DNA of 64,000 nucleotides from Azolla caroliniana (Eukaryota; Plantae; Polypodiophyta). The stretch's first letter is position 1, and each line of letters opens with the position of its first letter. The stretch spans positions 21,452,001-21,516,000 of the forward strand of contig JBHGNT010000001.1 of the NCBI GenBank assembly GCA_043228905.1. The letters are read 5' to 3'. The notes under the pieces were generated by a model, which was not told the DNA's origin, ran no database searches, and saw nothing but the letters and a program-made list of their open reading frames with translations. Positions 46,421 to 60,177 of this stretch are shown in pieces. The position numbers and the translations under genes were made by a program.

Positions 46421-46925
46421 GACTCCGATTGGGGGGGAGAAGTGGACCGTCGCAAATCAACAGTTGGCTATGTCTACACAGTAGGTGGTGGTGGGATTTC
46501 TTGGAAGTTGAAAAAACAAACTACCATGGCATTGTCGTCCACCGCAACTGAATATGTTGTCGTGGCTTTGGCGGCTAAAGAAGGCATATGGATTAAATCA
46601 ATGATCGTGGAATTTAACCTATTTATTATTCCAATTGTGACTTTGTTTTGCGATAATCAATATTGTATCAAGCTAGCCAACAATCCTAAGATGAGTGACA
46701 ATATACATCACGTGGACTTAAAACATCACTTTCTTCGTGATCTCATTGAAACAAAGAAGATAGAGCTAAAGTTTGCTCCCACTCATCAAATGTGGGCTGA
46801 TTTTTAACGGAACCTCTTCAATGTTCTAAACACATTATTTGTTGCAAGCAAGTTCGATTAATTGATGTAATTGAACACAAAGATGAAAATGTACACTTCA
46901 AAAAACTTTTGCTTAGGGGTGAGTG
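45810..46925 (+). mobile_element. Copia RT/RNase H 3' fragment H with PPT
   Basis: GWSDSDWGG, ALSST, FCDNQ, QMWADF; AGGGGTGAG|TGTGG ~46916-46928. Confidence 0.82.
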
Positions 46926-47551
46926 TGGAAAATAATAATCGAAAATAAATAAATAAATGTTATTTGGAGTTAGTTACTAGTTTCTTCGGAAGACGGTATT
47001 ATTATTTAGTGTAATTCTTAGGGTCTTATAAAGCCACCAGGGACCACCATCGTTGTAATTCTTAGGTCTCTCTCTCTCCTTTTCTTCTTTTCCTACAAGG
47101 TGCCATAGCTTGGAGATCTCGCCTCCAAAAATGTATTTTCGTGTTTACTGTAAAAAATTCCTGCTACAGGATAAAAACAAGATATCATGTCAAAGATTGT
47201 ATGCAACAGAAACACTTTCATATCATTGTTTGTCTCATCTAGAGGTAGAAAGACATTTGAATTTAGTTATAAATATATTAAGAGGACAATGTAATGGCAA
47301 AGGATGTCAATACATGAATTGGAAAGTGGGTTTCAATGGACCGACAAAAATACAACAATGTACTAGATAATGGCAAGAAGAATCTGACATAAATGAGTGA
47401 GAGTTTAAAAGTGTGGTTTCCGTGGAAGTGTAGAAGTGGAAGGATGTATGATGCTGAAAAGGCAAAGAGACTTAAAGCATCTTTGTGATGTTGATCTCAA
47501 AAGTAAGTTTGAAGGGAGGGAGTTTGAATAAAAAGGCGCACAAACATAACA

Positions 47552-48689
47552 CTAAAACAAGGTAGCAACAATTATAAAGAATGCCAAGGAAAATTTCAAA
47601 AAAGCTGTGAGTTTGCATGGAGAGCTAGAAGAAGAGGAAGAGGAGGAAGAGGAGGAAGAGTTAGAGGTATCTGCTAGTTGAACAATGAAGGTACAAGCAT
47701 CCTTAGAAGGGTTGGTGGTAACGATTCGACCCAAGCCATTGAAAGAGCAAGCACCAATCTTTTGGTTTTGGCGCTGGAAGTATTCGTTAAATGCATACGA
47801 TGCATTCCCGTTGGCGTCTAGCACTTGATTGCACGAGCAACCATAGCCAAGCGATGTACAATCCGAATTCGAACAAGCATACATCACACTTTTGCCTAAA
47901 GCCGACAAGTCTTGTGCATGGGTGTCCAGGACACACCATTGTTGCTTCAAATACTTGACACCGGTGGCCCCGACGAGAGGTTTCGGTTTCCCATCGGGTC
48001 CACGCCAAGAAAGGCTATACTTAGGCGTACCATCGTAGCTGAGAAGACCCCAATGTCTCTCGAAGTTGCCGGGGGCGACGCTCTTGAGGTCTTCATCGAT
48101 GAGGGTGAAGAGATAGACGTGGAAGGCTTGGTTGGGACGTCTGGGGGTGCCGGCATTGCTGTACAAATGGTCGAGGAGGCCTTGGTTGAACTTCTGGGCA
48201 TAGCCGACGTTTGCGTTGACGTCGCCGTCGGTGGGCCACCCGATCTCACCCACGATGATGCTCATGTTGCCGTAGCCTTCCCGGGAGAGGGCCACGACGA
48301 GCGAGTCATAGGTCGCGTCAAACACGTTGCGGTACGTGTACGGCCCATCGGCCACCACCGTATTCGCATTCGCATTCGCATCGGCATCGGCATCGGCAGA
48401 GGAGAAGAAGGCATAGTCAACGGGGAAGTTCTTGTCTGCATAGATGCTCAAGTATGGGTAGATGTTGATGGTGAAGGGGCAATCGTTTAGAGCCAGGAAC
48501 TCGACGATCTGCAGTATGTGGGAGGCTATGTCCGGCCGGAATGTAGACTGGGATGGGCGAGGAGAAGAAGAGGAGAGGATATTGTGGGCGTTGAGGGGGA
48601 CGGTGGCCTTCACCTGGGAGCCCAGGCCTGCAGCGTCCAGGGCCATCTGCACGTTCTTCAGCGCAGGATAGGTGTAGTAGGTATTATAG

Positions 48690-48732
<43 letters not shown>

Positions 48733-48824
48733 ACGTTCCGTTGTTGTAGGTGTTGTCGGCGGTGGCGGCATGCAGGTACGGCTCCTGGTTCCCCACCGCC
48801 ACGTACCTCATCATCCCCTTCTTC

Positions 48825-48855
<31 letters not shown>

Positions 48856-49150
48856 ATGGCAGCACCACCTTATTGTGCACCCACACATTGGCCGCCTCCG
48901 GATCCTCCGCCAGCCCTCTCAGCATGTCATTGCCTATGCCCACCATCACCTCTGCATCCTCCATGCCCCACAATGCCCTCAGGATCTCATCCCCATCGCC
49001 ATCGCCATCGCCAATGAGCTTCACCCTGCTAATCCCATTGCTCTTCAGCATTCTCGCCACCACTTGAGGGGGCAGAGGATGAGATGACTGCGTCCCCCAA
49101 TTCACCCCCACATTCTGTGTGGCAGCAGCCATGGCCGCCTCGCCGCCACA

Positions 49151-49186
<36 letters not shown>

Positions 49187-49330
49187 CACAATGCTCCTCA
49201 CGGCGAAAAGCAAAAAGCAGCCGCTGCTGTTCATGCCCTGTGGCGGCTGCAGCCTCTTGTGGATCCTCGTTTCTTGTGCCTGTCCTCCTCCTCCTCCTCC
49301 CCCTCCCCCTCCTCGCATCATCATCATCAT
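47552..49330 (-). CDS. Glucan endo-1,3-beta-glucosidase (GH17) with X8/CBM43 domain and likely GPI signal; single exon, 592 aa
   Basis: VGVNWG, PFTINIYPY, IVGEIGWPT, PGNFERHWG, WCV..YACS..DC...NASYAFN.YFQ; hydrophobic N- and C-terminal segments. Confidence 0.93.
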
Positions 49331-51325
49331 GAATGTCCTTCAGAAATGAATGAATGTAGAAATGGTTGCAGCATTCATTGATGGAGGAGGAGCGATTGTA
49401 GTCGAGACGACAGAAGAAGAAGAAGAAGAAGAAGAAGAAGAGATATGAGAGATTCTTTGCTCTTTCTCTCATTAATCACTTGAATGAATATTCGAGTCTT
49501 CCTGTGTACTGCACTGCATGCAAACCCCCCAAAGTGGAGTGGGTTTGAAGGAGAAGGAATCAGAAAGATCCGTGCCTATGCTAGTCTAGGGTAGTGGGAG
49601 AGAGAGAGAGAGCGCGAGAGAGACGACAGGAATAATTCCAACCTTCTCCTCTCGTCGCATGGGTATTTACCGTATACATATGTATAGAATATATATATGT
49701 GTGTGTGTGTGTGTATCAGTATGTATCACTGGTATGTATATGTATACAGTATATATATATACGTATACGGTATATGTATGTATGTATTGTTAATTTTTGG
49801 CATGATTTAAGTAAGGTTGGGCATTCATGCCCCGGATGGTTAGCAATCGAGGTCATGCGATCGATCTTAGTTTGAACACGAGTGTCCCACCCAATGATGG
49901 CTTCTTTCAGTTCAGATTCCAAAACACACACACACCATTATTCATTATCCTTTCACTTGAGAATGAATACATATGGGTAACATCGGCAACATTGCCCACA
50001 CACATTTTCTTCTTCTCTGTCTCAGCTTGTCAAGAAATACAGGATTACACCACTTGGCTTTCAACATGAAAGTTTTCTTTCTAGTAATGGACCACCTTTT
50101 TTTGGTACATGTTGATGTTGATCGTGTATCGATACATACTGTGAAAAACCCATATTGTTATACTTCGTCAAATAAACGAATCACCATCAATGTGCTTAAT
50201 TATAATTTATTGCCATACTTGCCTTACCCACATTCTCACCTAATCTCCTCCACTTGTTGAAACCATATCATCATCAATACACTTGTTGAGAGTTGCCAAG
50301 TTGATTCCTTGTAAAATTGAGTCATCATACATCACTTTTTGCTTGCAAGAATGAACATTCGTCGTAGTTTTAAAATTTTCATAAGAAAGATGCTCTTAGA
50401 AATACTAATACATAGCTTTTCTGTAATAGACTCACAATAATTGATATTCAAATGGCCTAGGATTTGACTTCACTCCAAATAAATTTGGTGGCCCTCCCTG
50501 GAAAGAATGTGACAACAGAAGACTAGTAAATTGCACAATTTGCCCGTACCCAAAATTGACCCTAATTGTATTGCACTCCATCCTAATGCCAACCTTTCAT
50601 TGGCTCTTACCATTTTGGAGACTTGTATAAGGTATGAAATTTCCATCTGTGAAGTTTTCGAGTGAAGTTTTTTTGGCCACATATCCCCAAATCATCACAA
50701 CATTGAGCAAATTTTTGAGTTTAAACACCATCCACCTTAGACCACTAACTTGTGCACCTGGAATTAGTTGTTGAACACAACATATGAAGTCTCATAGGTC
50801 AAAGATAGTTTATATCATAAGGTTCATTGTGCTACATGCCCTTGTAATATTAAAGAAAGGTCAAGAGTTCAAATCTCGTTCTACTGAAGAAACCAAACAT
50901 ACCATTCTAAAAATGGAGTGCAAAAAGCTAAAAAGTCTCTCGAGTTGTTCAAAATCAACTCTGATGGACATACGATGCCAAGCCATCATCCAATTGTTTC
51001 ATCACATTTATGAGTTTGTTCATTACCTCAAAGTGCACGGAAAACTTAAGACATCATATCCAACATATTATCATGACGATAAAATAAAATGCTTACACCA
51101 AGTTGTCTTCAAAGTCTAAATCATCATCAATATTGAAAGAAACAGAAGTGAAGGAAAAGCATCACTAAGGTGCGTATGGATTTTCCAAAAAGAAGATCAT
51201 CGAAGAGATAATAATAATCAATCACCTGTGTCCAAACTGAAAACACATTATACAATGCACACCAATTAGTAAACGCCATCATTTTTGGTTTATGTGTATC
51301 TTGTTTTTTTTAAATATCAGAGGCT

Positions 51326-51668
51326 CTATTCCAAAGTCATGGGGCTAGTGAGACAACAACCTCGGAATCTCGCTGTTCCCACAGTTCTTGTAATGATGTC
51401 TTGAGCTTCTAACAGCATCAACACAACATCAGAGAATGGAGGTCTTATTTCTGGATTTGAATCCCAACACCGAGTCATAATTTCAACAAGAATGGCAGGA
51501 CAATTTGGAGGAATCTCAGGTCTCACACCTTTACTCACAACTGCAAATGCAGCTTGTATTGCAGTCATGTTCTGAAATGGAAATTTCCCAGTAACAAGCT
51601 CCCAAAGCACTATACCAAAACTATACACATCGACTTTATGAGTATAAGGACGGTGTTGTATCATCTCC
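51326..51668 (-). CDS. Raf-like MAPKKK (group C, Raf22/Raf28/STY13-like), coding exon 2
   Basis: Acceptor TTGTCCCAG|G GAG ATG; [24 protein letters not shown]; TAG at 51326-51328. Confidence 0.93.
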
Positions 51669-54600
51669 CTGGGACAAGGTAAATCAACAAGCAAATTAGC
51701 TATTAACATTCTTAGTACAAACAACTACCCTTCAGTTGTACATACATCATAATATAGCCATAGCAAACAGCTAATGTCTTATTTAGTACAGATAATGGAA
51801 CTATAACAAACCACTAACATTCAGTATACGGACATATAATTGAACCATAACAGCTAACGTTGAGTAAATATATAATAGAACCATAGTATGAACCATATGT
51901 GCCATACGTACCATACGTTTCAATCATTCGCGTAAGAAAAACACCCCCAAAGAATGATAAATACCATACTTTTGGATTAACTATTTATTATGAGGTAAAT
52001 AAGCCTAAAAAATGGGAAAAAAACAAAAAAAACAAAAAAAACAAAAAAAAAAACACAAGAATGTTTGAATAACATTCGCATTCGTTTTCCAACGTAGGAA
52101 AACGAATGTTATGCCAAACGAACACGAATTTTACGTATAGTTAACGTTTAGTACATTTATAATTAATTTCAGTATACGGACATATAATAGAACCATAACA
52201 ACTAACGTTTAGTAAATATATAATAGAACCATAGCACACAGTTAACGTTTAGTACATTTATAATTAATTCCTTAGGTACTGTATCGTCTCCTTGGGACAA
52301 GCACAACAAAGTAACTTTTAGTACATATATAAAATAATCATATAACAACTAACAAACTCTTATCACGTGTACAATGAGTTTCTACAGTTTTGTATCCTCT
52401 CCTTAAAACAAGCCCAACAAAAAAAACTCTCAGCAAAATATTATACACATACAAGCACGCATGCATATATATAACTACAACAAATCCCTAAAGTTCAGTA
52501 CATAATGAAATAGCATGTATATCATGGGTTGTTGTGTAATGTCACTGGGAACAAGCGTGACAAACAACTAGCTTTTAGTACATGAATAAAGCAATTATAA
52601 GGTGTAATATCTTCTCTTTGAAATAAGCACCACACATATAAATAGAACAATAAGTCGATTTCAGTATTCTATACACTTAAAGAGAACCACATTTTTGTAC
52701 AGATGTGAAAGGACATGTCCCTAATCATCATCACTTAAAACATCTAAATGGCTAGCAACACTTCATGCTTCTTTAAGTAAAGTAAAATACCTAAGAATTA
52801 TAGTTAAAGAAATTTTATTCTAGTATGAAACTCCAAGTCATCCATTTCTAAAACTTTCCTATCTCGTCACATACATTCCCAACCCATTTCAAACGCTCTG
52901 GATTCAAAATACAACATTGACGGAGAGATGATTTGATGATAAAACATGGCCAACATGTATCAATAAATGACTTTGCAATATGACTTGTTTGAAGAGATGA
53001 GTACCAAGAAGTCCCTCATGACATAGAAATGTAGCACTGCTAAAGGAGGCAGATTTTTATTGAACGAGTTTTGGCAAGCTTTTATAAAAGAAATAAACAA
53101 TTGTTTAAAAGAGAGTCTTTCGTTGAAGAGTTTATAGTTTTTGACTGACCATGAAGGCAGTCATATTAACAATGCTTTCGCCCAAGGAAATTTGAAGATG
53201 AAAGAGAAAATTTTGAAAATGAGGAAGAGGAAGAGGCAGTATTTTTAAATTTTATGGATCTGATGGAGGATCCTAAAGTTCATGCACCTGATGCACAAGG
53301 TTTCCAAGAGAACATGGTAATTATTGGTTACATTGGTGGAGTATAGCACAATCATTACACCATGCAAATTTCCATTTCCTTGGTTTCTAGACTCCTGTGT
53401 TCAATCTTAGCCTACAATACATTATGATTAATTATCCCAAATCTAAAACAAATCATACCTATCCAAAATCAAGGGGTAAGTGCACTAAAGACTAAGCTAG
53501 ACTGTTTATCTCGATGTTGGAGAGTTACTACATTTCATAGTGTGAATGTCCACACCTTTGTGGGATAATCAAGATGCAGGTGTAAATGGTTTGGAATGGA
53601 ATTTGTTTCCTTGGTTTTTAAGGGCTATGTGGCTAAGTTCATCACTGATGATGGAAGCAATGGCATCTGAATGTAAAATTTGAACATAGTGCTCAATGAA
53701 TTCACGGTCTTAAAGTCTTAAGAACCATCTATCCAGTTTTCTGTCAAAGCATAACAAGAGTGTGTAAGGTTTCTAAAAACATCAATGGGAATGCATACAA
53801 CTAACAGCTAGAGTGAAAACCTCATTTTGCCCTGAATTCCAGCACCATCTTCCACTAATTAAAAGAAATACAGAAAATCGGCATCATGTTCAGGGAAAAT
53901 CAGTGTCACTTTCCATAAGCAGCAAGCATTCTAAAATATAGTAGTATAGTAATATTTTCTGGGGTGGAGTTTCCAATTTTTATGCATTTTTCTAGGAATT
54001 TATCACCATTACACTGAATATTCAGATTAGCAACATCATCATCATCTTCATCATAACGGTAACAACATGTGGATTCTCGGAAATGGAACCTTACCATCAT
54101 TTCTAAAGGTGTGGAACCATAAGCTTGTTTGAAAATCAAGCACACGGAAAATCCTCGTTTTTAACGTTTGGCCTTCATATTATATAATATGAAAACCCTA
54201 GTTTTTCTTCCCAAAATCAAAAATTTCTTGGATTTTTACTTTTTCCACAGGATTTCTTTTGCAGTTGTTCTTCCTTCTCATTGTTTTACTTGAGGCTCAT
54301 TCATGCTGCAATGTTCACTACAATTCTCTTCCTTACTCTTTCTCCTCTCTAATTCTTTTTCTGCATTCTAAGGAATCTTAATTATTATTTAATCTGTAGA
54401 ATCTTGATCTTTGGAATGCTTCTATGCTTACATTTAACCAGTGGGTTGTTTTCACCATACTTTAATGCATAATGCTATCTTAAGCCATATACACCATACA
54501 CGTAATACATCATCTAAAGTTCAAAACATTTATATTTCATTGCCTTACAGATTGGACATAACAAAAAGGTATAGGGATCTAGAGAAAGCTTCTTTTATTC

Positions 54601-55404
54601 TATGCTTCCGTGCAATGCAGGAATTTTCTTGTGGTGTCATAACCTAGAAAATCAGAAAGAAGTTTATCATATTACAGTAATTGGTCCATTAGTTTTTAGC
54701 TGCACCACATTTTGGAAACCTGTTTCCAGATACTCCCTTGGATATAAATACTTGAACACTCACCAAGTGTCACTTTTATGTGATGGCAGAATAAGTTACC
54801 CAAACCTTGTTGTAAGAAAGTCTATGAAGACACTTATTGCAGCTAAAAACACACTTCAAGATAGTTCTTCCAATAAATTATATTTTAATTTTTCATTGTT
54901 AGACATCATACATGCTATTATTTTGGCATGCATTTACAGAAACAAAAAACGATTGACATAACTTGGCGCAACAAGGTTCATAGTGCACGTCATAGTATAA
55001 AAAATTACTGTAGACATGGGAAACCCTCAAGAATATACATCCAGAGCACAATTAGTTAATAAAAATGAGGGAAAAACCCTTGAATACCTCTGAGTTCTTC
55101 GTATTTACTCCTCCAATGTGCATAGGATTTTGTTATTTCCCAAATGCCCTTGGTCAAGCGATTGTATATGCTATTTGAGTAATTATATGACCAACTCATC
55201 CCATTCTCTCTCTTTTGCGGGGTTTTTGGATGGATCCTTGTACGGCTAAACGTACCGACTGGGGTTGAGCCCCGGGATTTCACAGCGGACTTGCCAAAGG
55301 ACATTGCGGGAGAAAAAGAAGAACTCAGGGGTATTTTTAGAGTGTGTTTCTTCCCTTGATTAAAACAAAGAGGTTAAAAGAAAAAAAGAAAAAGCACTAC
55401 TTAC

Positions 55405-56252
55405 GGGGCCATCCAACGATATGTTCCTGTCTCTGGGGTCATTCCATCGGCCTGCACCTCGATCCGTGCAAAGCCGAAATCAGCAATCTTGATGCAATTG
55501 TCGAAGACCAATAAGTTATCGGATTTGAGGTCGCGATGAATGACATCAAATCTATGCAGATACTCCATCCCTCTTGCAAGCCCCAATGCATAGCTAACTG
55601 CAAGCCGGAGGGGTATTGCCCGTCGCCTTGAGAGGCACATTCTCAATGACCCATGTTTCGCATACTCCATCACAATACACCACACAGTTGGCTTCTGACA
55701 TGCCCCAAAAAACCTCACCACATTCTCATGCCTTAGATGCGCGAGCATTCCCACCTCTTGCGCAAACTGATGCTCCATCATCATTGCTGCCTCCATATTA
55801 GTACCATGCCTTTCCAGTATCTTCACAGCAACATCTTCACCATTGTAAGTACCCCTATACAACCTCCCAAATGCTCCTTGAGCAAATAATGGACCAATAC
55901 TCAACCTTTTTAGATCTATCGTCCATTCCATGTATCCTTCTAGACCTTCAGTGGGATACCTATCATCTAATAATGCTTGGGCAAGGGCATCTTCTCCTTG
56001 AGAATGAGGTACACTGCTTCTAGGTGTAACACTATGACCCACAAATGTTCCTGTTTCAGTATTTAAGACAGGATGACTTAACATTGTGCTTCGAGAATTG
56101 TTGTTTGATCCCACACTACTATACATAGATTCTCCTGCATTACTTGATTTCTGGCTATCCAATGACATCTCTGAGGTTTCTCCTGTGAGCCTACAGTAGT
56201 TTTGTACAGTTAAAATCTGGAACTCTGTATCATCTCTTGCCATTGCTTGCAT
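55405..56252 (-). CDS. Raf-like MAPKKK coding exon 1; spliced product 396 aa, intron 51669-55404
   Basis: [30 protein letters not shown]; donor CC|GTAAGT, phase matches exon 2. Confidence 0.94.
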
Positions 56253-56749
56253 AGTATATCATACACTGTTACTCAAAAAAGTCTGAGATCTTTTCTCACT
56301 AACCAGTGTGATTGATCTTTTCTCCCAAATCCCTGTGATATTCACTTTGTGCAATCTGCTTTGATAATTACTGTGGCATTTCTTGTTAAACACCGTGATA
56401 CTTTTCTCTAATCACTGAGATCATTGTCAATGAAATTTCTGCGGTATTCTTTACTAATTGCAGTGATTTTATCTGCCTGATTACAGGTGACCTTTTCTCT
56501 CTAAATCACGACTAATAATTGCACTGATATCTAACACTAATCACTGTGATCTTTTTCAGCTAATCACTGTGATTTGCTTTTGCTAATCATAGTGCTTTTC
56601 TTGCTAATATTTTCCTCTAGTCACTGTGACATTTTCCCATTAATAGTTCAGGCCTTTTCTAGCTAGACCAAGTGATATTATCTTTTTAATCACTGAGTTA
56701 ACCCTAGCTACACTGCCCTGCAAAATATTGAGGAAACCCTACACTGCAG

Positions 56750-56752
<3 letters not shown>

Positions 56753-56811
<59 letters not shown>
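56753..56811. repeat. (CT)n microsatellite, probably in a 5' UTR intron (~56718-57051) of the kinase gene
   Basis: Pure CT run; candidate minus-strand G|GTAAAAT donor at 57051 and TTTTGCAG acceptor at 56718 (the intron is speculative). Confidence 0.8.
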
Positions 56812-56816
<5 letters not shown>

Positions 56817-59631
56817 AATGCTCACAAAGTAATGAAATTGCAAAACTTGAAACAGATGTATGTTTCCTTCAAGATCTAACGCTTTTTTGTCAACTTCTGA
56901 GATCTAGCCGTGCTGAATTCCTCTCATATATGGCTTCCTCTTTCTGTCTATTTTGACAAATACAGATAAAAGGAAATTTTCTTTTCTTCCCGTATTAGCT
57001 GAGAACGAGATTTTCCTCTCGAATTATTAGAGAAAGATGAAGGGATTTTACCGTCTCCCTCACATAAGTAGAGACAAAGGTGAAGGAACTTTGCGTTCCT
57101 TTCTGGAATTAGCAGAGAAAGACGAAGGGATTTCCTCCTTTTTCTATCGAGTCACGGCTCCTCGGAGAAACTCTTCCAGAAGAAAACAAAGAAACCCATA
57201 GCCACGTCTGATTCCTCTCGGCTCTCGCTGTGCACGTAAGAGATACGTAGAGGCGTAGCCTCTGAGAATCTCAATCTCTGTATGTGTGTGCAGGTTCTGC
57301 TTCAAGAAACCCTAGAAGAACACACTTGAAAGCTTGACGAAGAACAGAGAATTATATGAGCTTGATTGTAGTAACAACAGCAGATAGCAGCGATGGCGGA
57401 AGAAGAAGAGTAGGAACAAGAAAAGGACGAAGCAGACAACAATATACATATGTATACATATTTATTTGTCTACTCACTCTTATGTTTCTTTTCTTTTAAT
57501 TGTTTGTCTACTCACTATACAACATAAAATACATTGTATACATACATACATACATACATACATATGTATTGTATCAGTATAGTGAGTAGACAAACAAAGA
57601 AAAGAAAAGAAACATAGAGTGGGTAGGCAAACAAAGGCATGGCAAGATATGGGATCGAGTGTGCGCAACCACATGCATTGTTTAGCACCGCGTTCGCCCT
57701 ACCCTAACTCGACCATGACCACATTCACGTGTTGTTCTCTTGTTTTACCATTGTCGATAACCAGTGATGTGGCGGTAGTGATGGTCTTGTCCAGCAACAA
57801 TTGATCAGGCAGGCGAAGCACCCTGTTCTTGTGGCCCTGATTGTTGTCATCCACACATTTCCCGTGCAATAATGTTATTGCCGAGAACATTGGCATCATA
57901 TGTCGCTTGTTATCACGTAGGCAATGAAGTCATCGCCTCCTCGTCAACATCATTCCCATCCCAAGTCATTGACATTGTAAAGGTAAAGTCTGTGGGTTGT
58001 TATTATCCAAAAGTTCTAATTGCACATTTGTGATGATCTATCCACATCCTCTCAACATCAACTTGAACATTGTACTAATTGAGTCAATTGTTATCTTGGC
58101 CACATTTCTTTGTATTTCGAGCTTTGCCATTGAGAATATCATTGTCGGTGCTCATTATTCCTACCAATGTTGACTTCCACAATGTTGTCGGATTTTCTAA
58201 ACCATTCTCATATGTAATGTTGTTCAATCATGATGGTATAGGACAAACTCTTCTTCCTCTTGGACCAAATAAATCCATGAGACCCTATATTCGGATTTTT
58301 GAACCACATGGACACACATTTCCATCACCATCACCCTTTGTAGACTACAAGTTTGAAGTAGTCATTCTCTAGCGGATGTAGGGAGACCGAAAACGTGTTT
58401 TAGTGTTACTTGGTGGGCATAAAACACAAATATTTTTTGATTATAAGTTTATATGTGATGTCTTTCAAACAAAAATTTTCTAAGCAAGGAGCTTGAGACA
58501 TCAGAGAAAATGACCAAATCTAAAATCAAAGAACAATATTATCGATGAGTTGGTCATGTCTTTTACAAGGGACCTATGCTAAGTTCAAACATGAAAATAA
58601 ATGTGGTTGAAAGTTGAAACTATTAGGGACTAGAAATTGGTTTATCAAACCCTAGCTAAAATAATAATTCTCCTTTCTACTTATATATATATATATATAA
58701 TCTATCTTGTGTGTGTTTGTGCATGTGCATGTTTGTGTTTGTGTTTTCTATTATTATTCATCATAGCTAAGGAATCTATACATCTTGTGTTCAAGTATAG
58801 CTTAACATGTTTTTTGTGTACCTAATTGAAAACATATTGTCTTATTGAACAAGGTGCAAAATTTGCTTTTCCTTCATATAGCATAAAACATTGAAAACAT
58901 TGAAAACTTTGTTCCACTTGAATTGAAAGAGTCAAGTTGCATGATCTTATCTCAAGAAGGTTTTGTATGAAGTATCCCTTCTCTTTTGATATACAAATAT
59001 ATTTGAGTGACATTCTCGATTCAAGGTTACTTTTGTCGCAGTGTAAGTTAAAGCTAATTGTTTGTTCACTCATGCCAATTTGGAAAGACAACCTAATGAT
59101 GGAATGGAAGCCAAGCTGTAGAAGTTCACCTTAAAAATATCAAATAAAAGAAGCCACTTGATTTATATTTCTCAGCCATCTCTCCCTTTTCATATAACAT
59201 TAACCCATGATGTTGGTAATAGAGAAAATGGGTTTGCAGGAAGCGCTCAATGTTTGCACTTTAAAAAACAACTACTTCAAATATCATTATGTTCATTCCT
59301 TGTTCTTGTTTGGAACCACCCAAAGTGGGGTTGAGAAAAAATTGTGTGACTCCCTCATTGTGCAATAATTTAGTCTTCCATGTATCTCTCATTACTTGGC
59401 AAAAATAAACTAGAGCTTGTTTACAATTGATTTTTGGGGTGAGTCCACTTTGAAATTTGATTGTTATCTACGAACGTTGATAAAAAGTTACGAGCCAAGT
59501 GAACAACAAAGATTGATCGCAAAAGGATCTTCATTTTCACAAGCCATCAAAATGTTTGGAGTTTATTTCAAAAGGGCTTTTGTGGTTGTGAAACCCAAGC
59601 ACATTTGAAGATAATGTAGGACATTTCAATG

Positions 59632-60177
59632 GAATTCCAACAATGATAAGTCAAGTAAATAAAGAAGCTACGAATAAGCAAGGCTCCCAATCCATGTTCT
59701 CTAAGGGGTCCATGTGAATCCTAGAGCATGGTGATTCACTTGAATGTTTTTGTTGAATCTTGAGCATTGTGATATGTAAATAGAGCCATATGTGTAGCTA
59801 AAACTAATTGATCGCCCTTAAACAAGCATGGTGGTTTCAATTCAAAATCCATGCTTAATTATATCATTATGAAGCAAATTGTCATTGTTTGGGAAGAATT
59901 CCAACAATGATAAGTCAAGTAAATAAAGAAGCTACGAATAAGCAAGGCTCCCAATCCATGTTCTCTAAGGGGTCCATGTGAATCCTAGAGCTCCAACAAG
60001 TAAAGGATGGTGATTCACTTGAATGTTTTTGTTGAATCTTGAGCATTGTGATATGTAAATAGAGCCATATGTGTAGCTAAAACTAATTGATCGCCCTTAA
60101 ACAAGCATGGTGGTTTCAATTCAAAATCCATGCTTAATTATATCATTATGAAGCAAATTGTCATTGTTTGGGAAGAA
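59632..60177 (+). repeat. 264 bp tandem duplication; second copy has a ~15 bp insertion
   Basis: GAATTCCAACAATGATAAGTC at 59632 and 59896; GAA microhomology at the junction. Confidence 0.92.

Noticed and set aside
47912-49472. Long antisense and alternative-frame ORFs over the GH17 gene
   Set aside because: Shadows of a GC-rich, triplet-repeat coding sequence.
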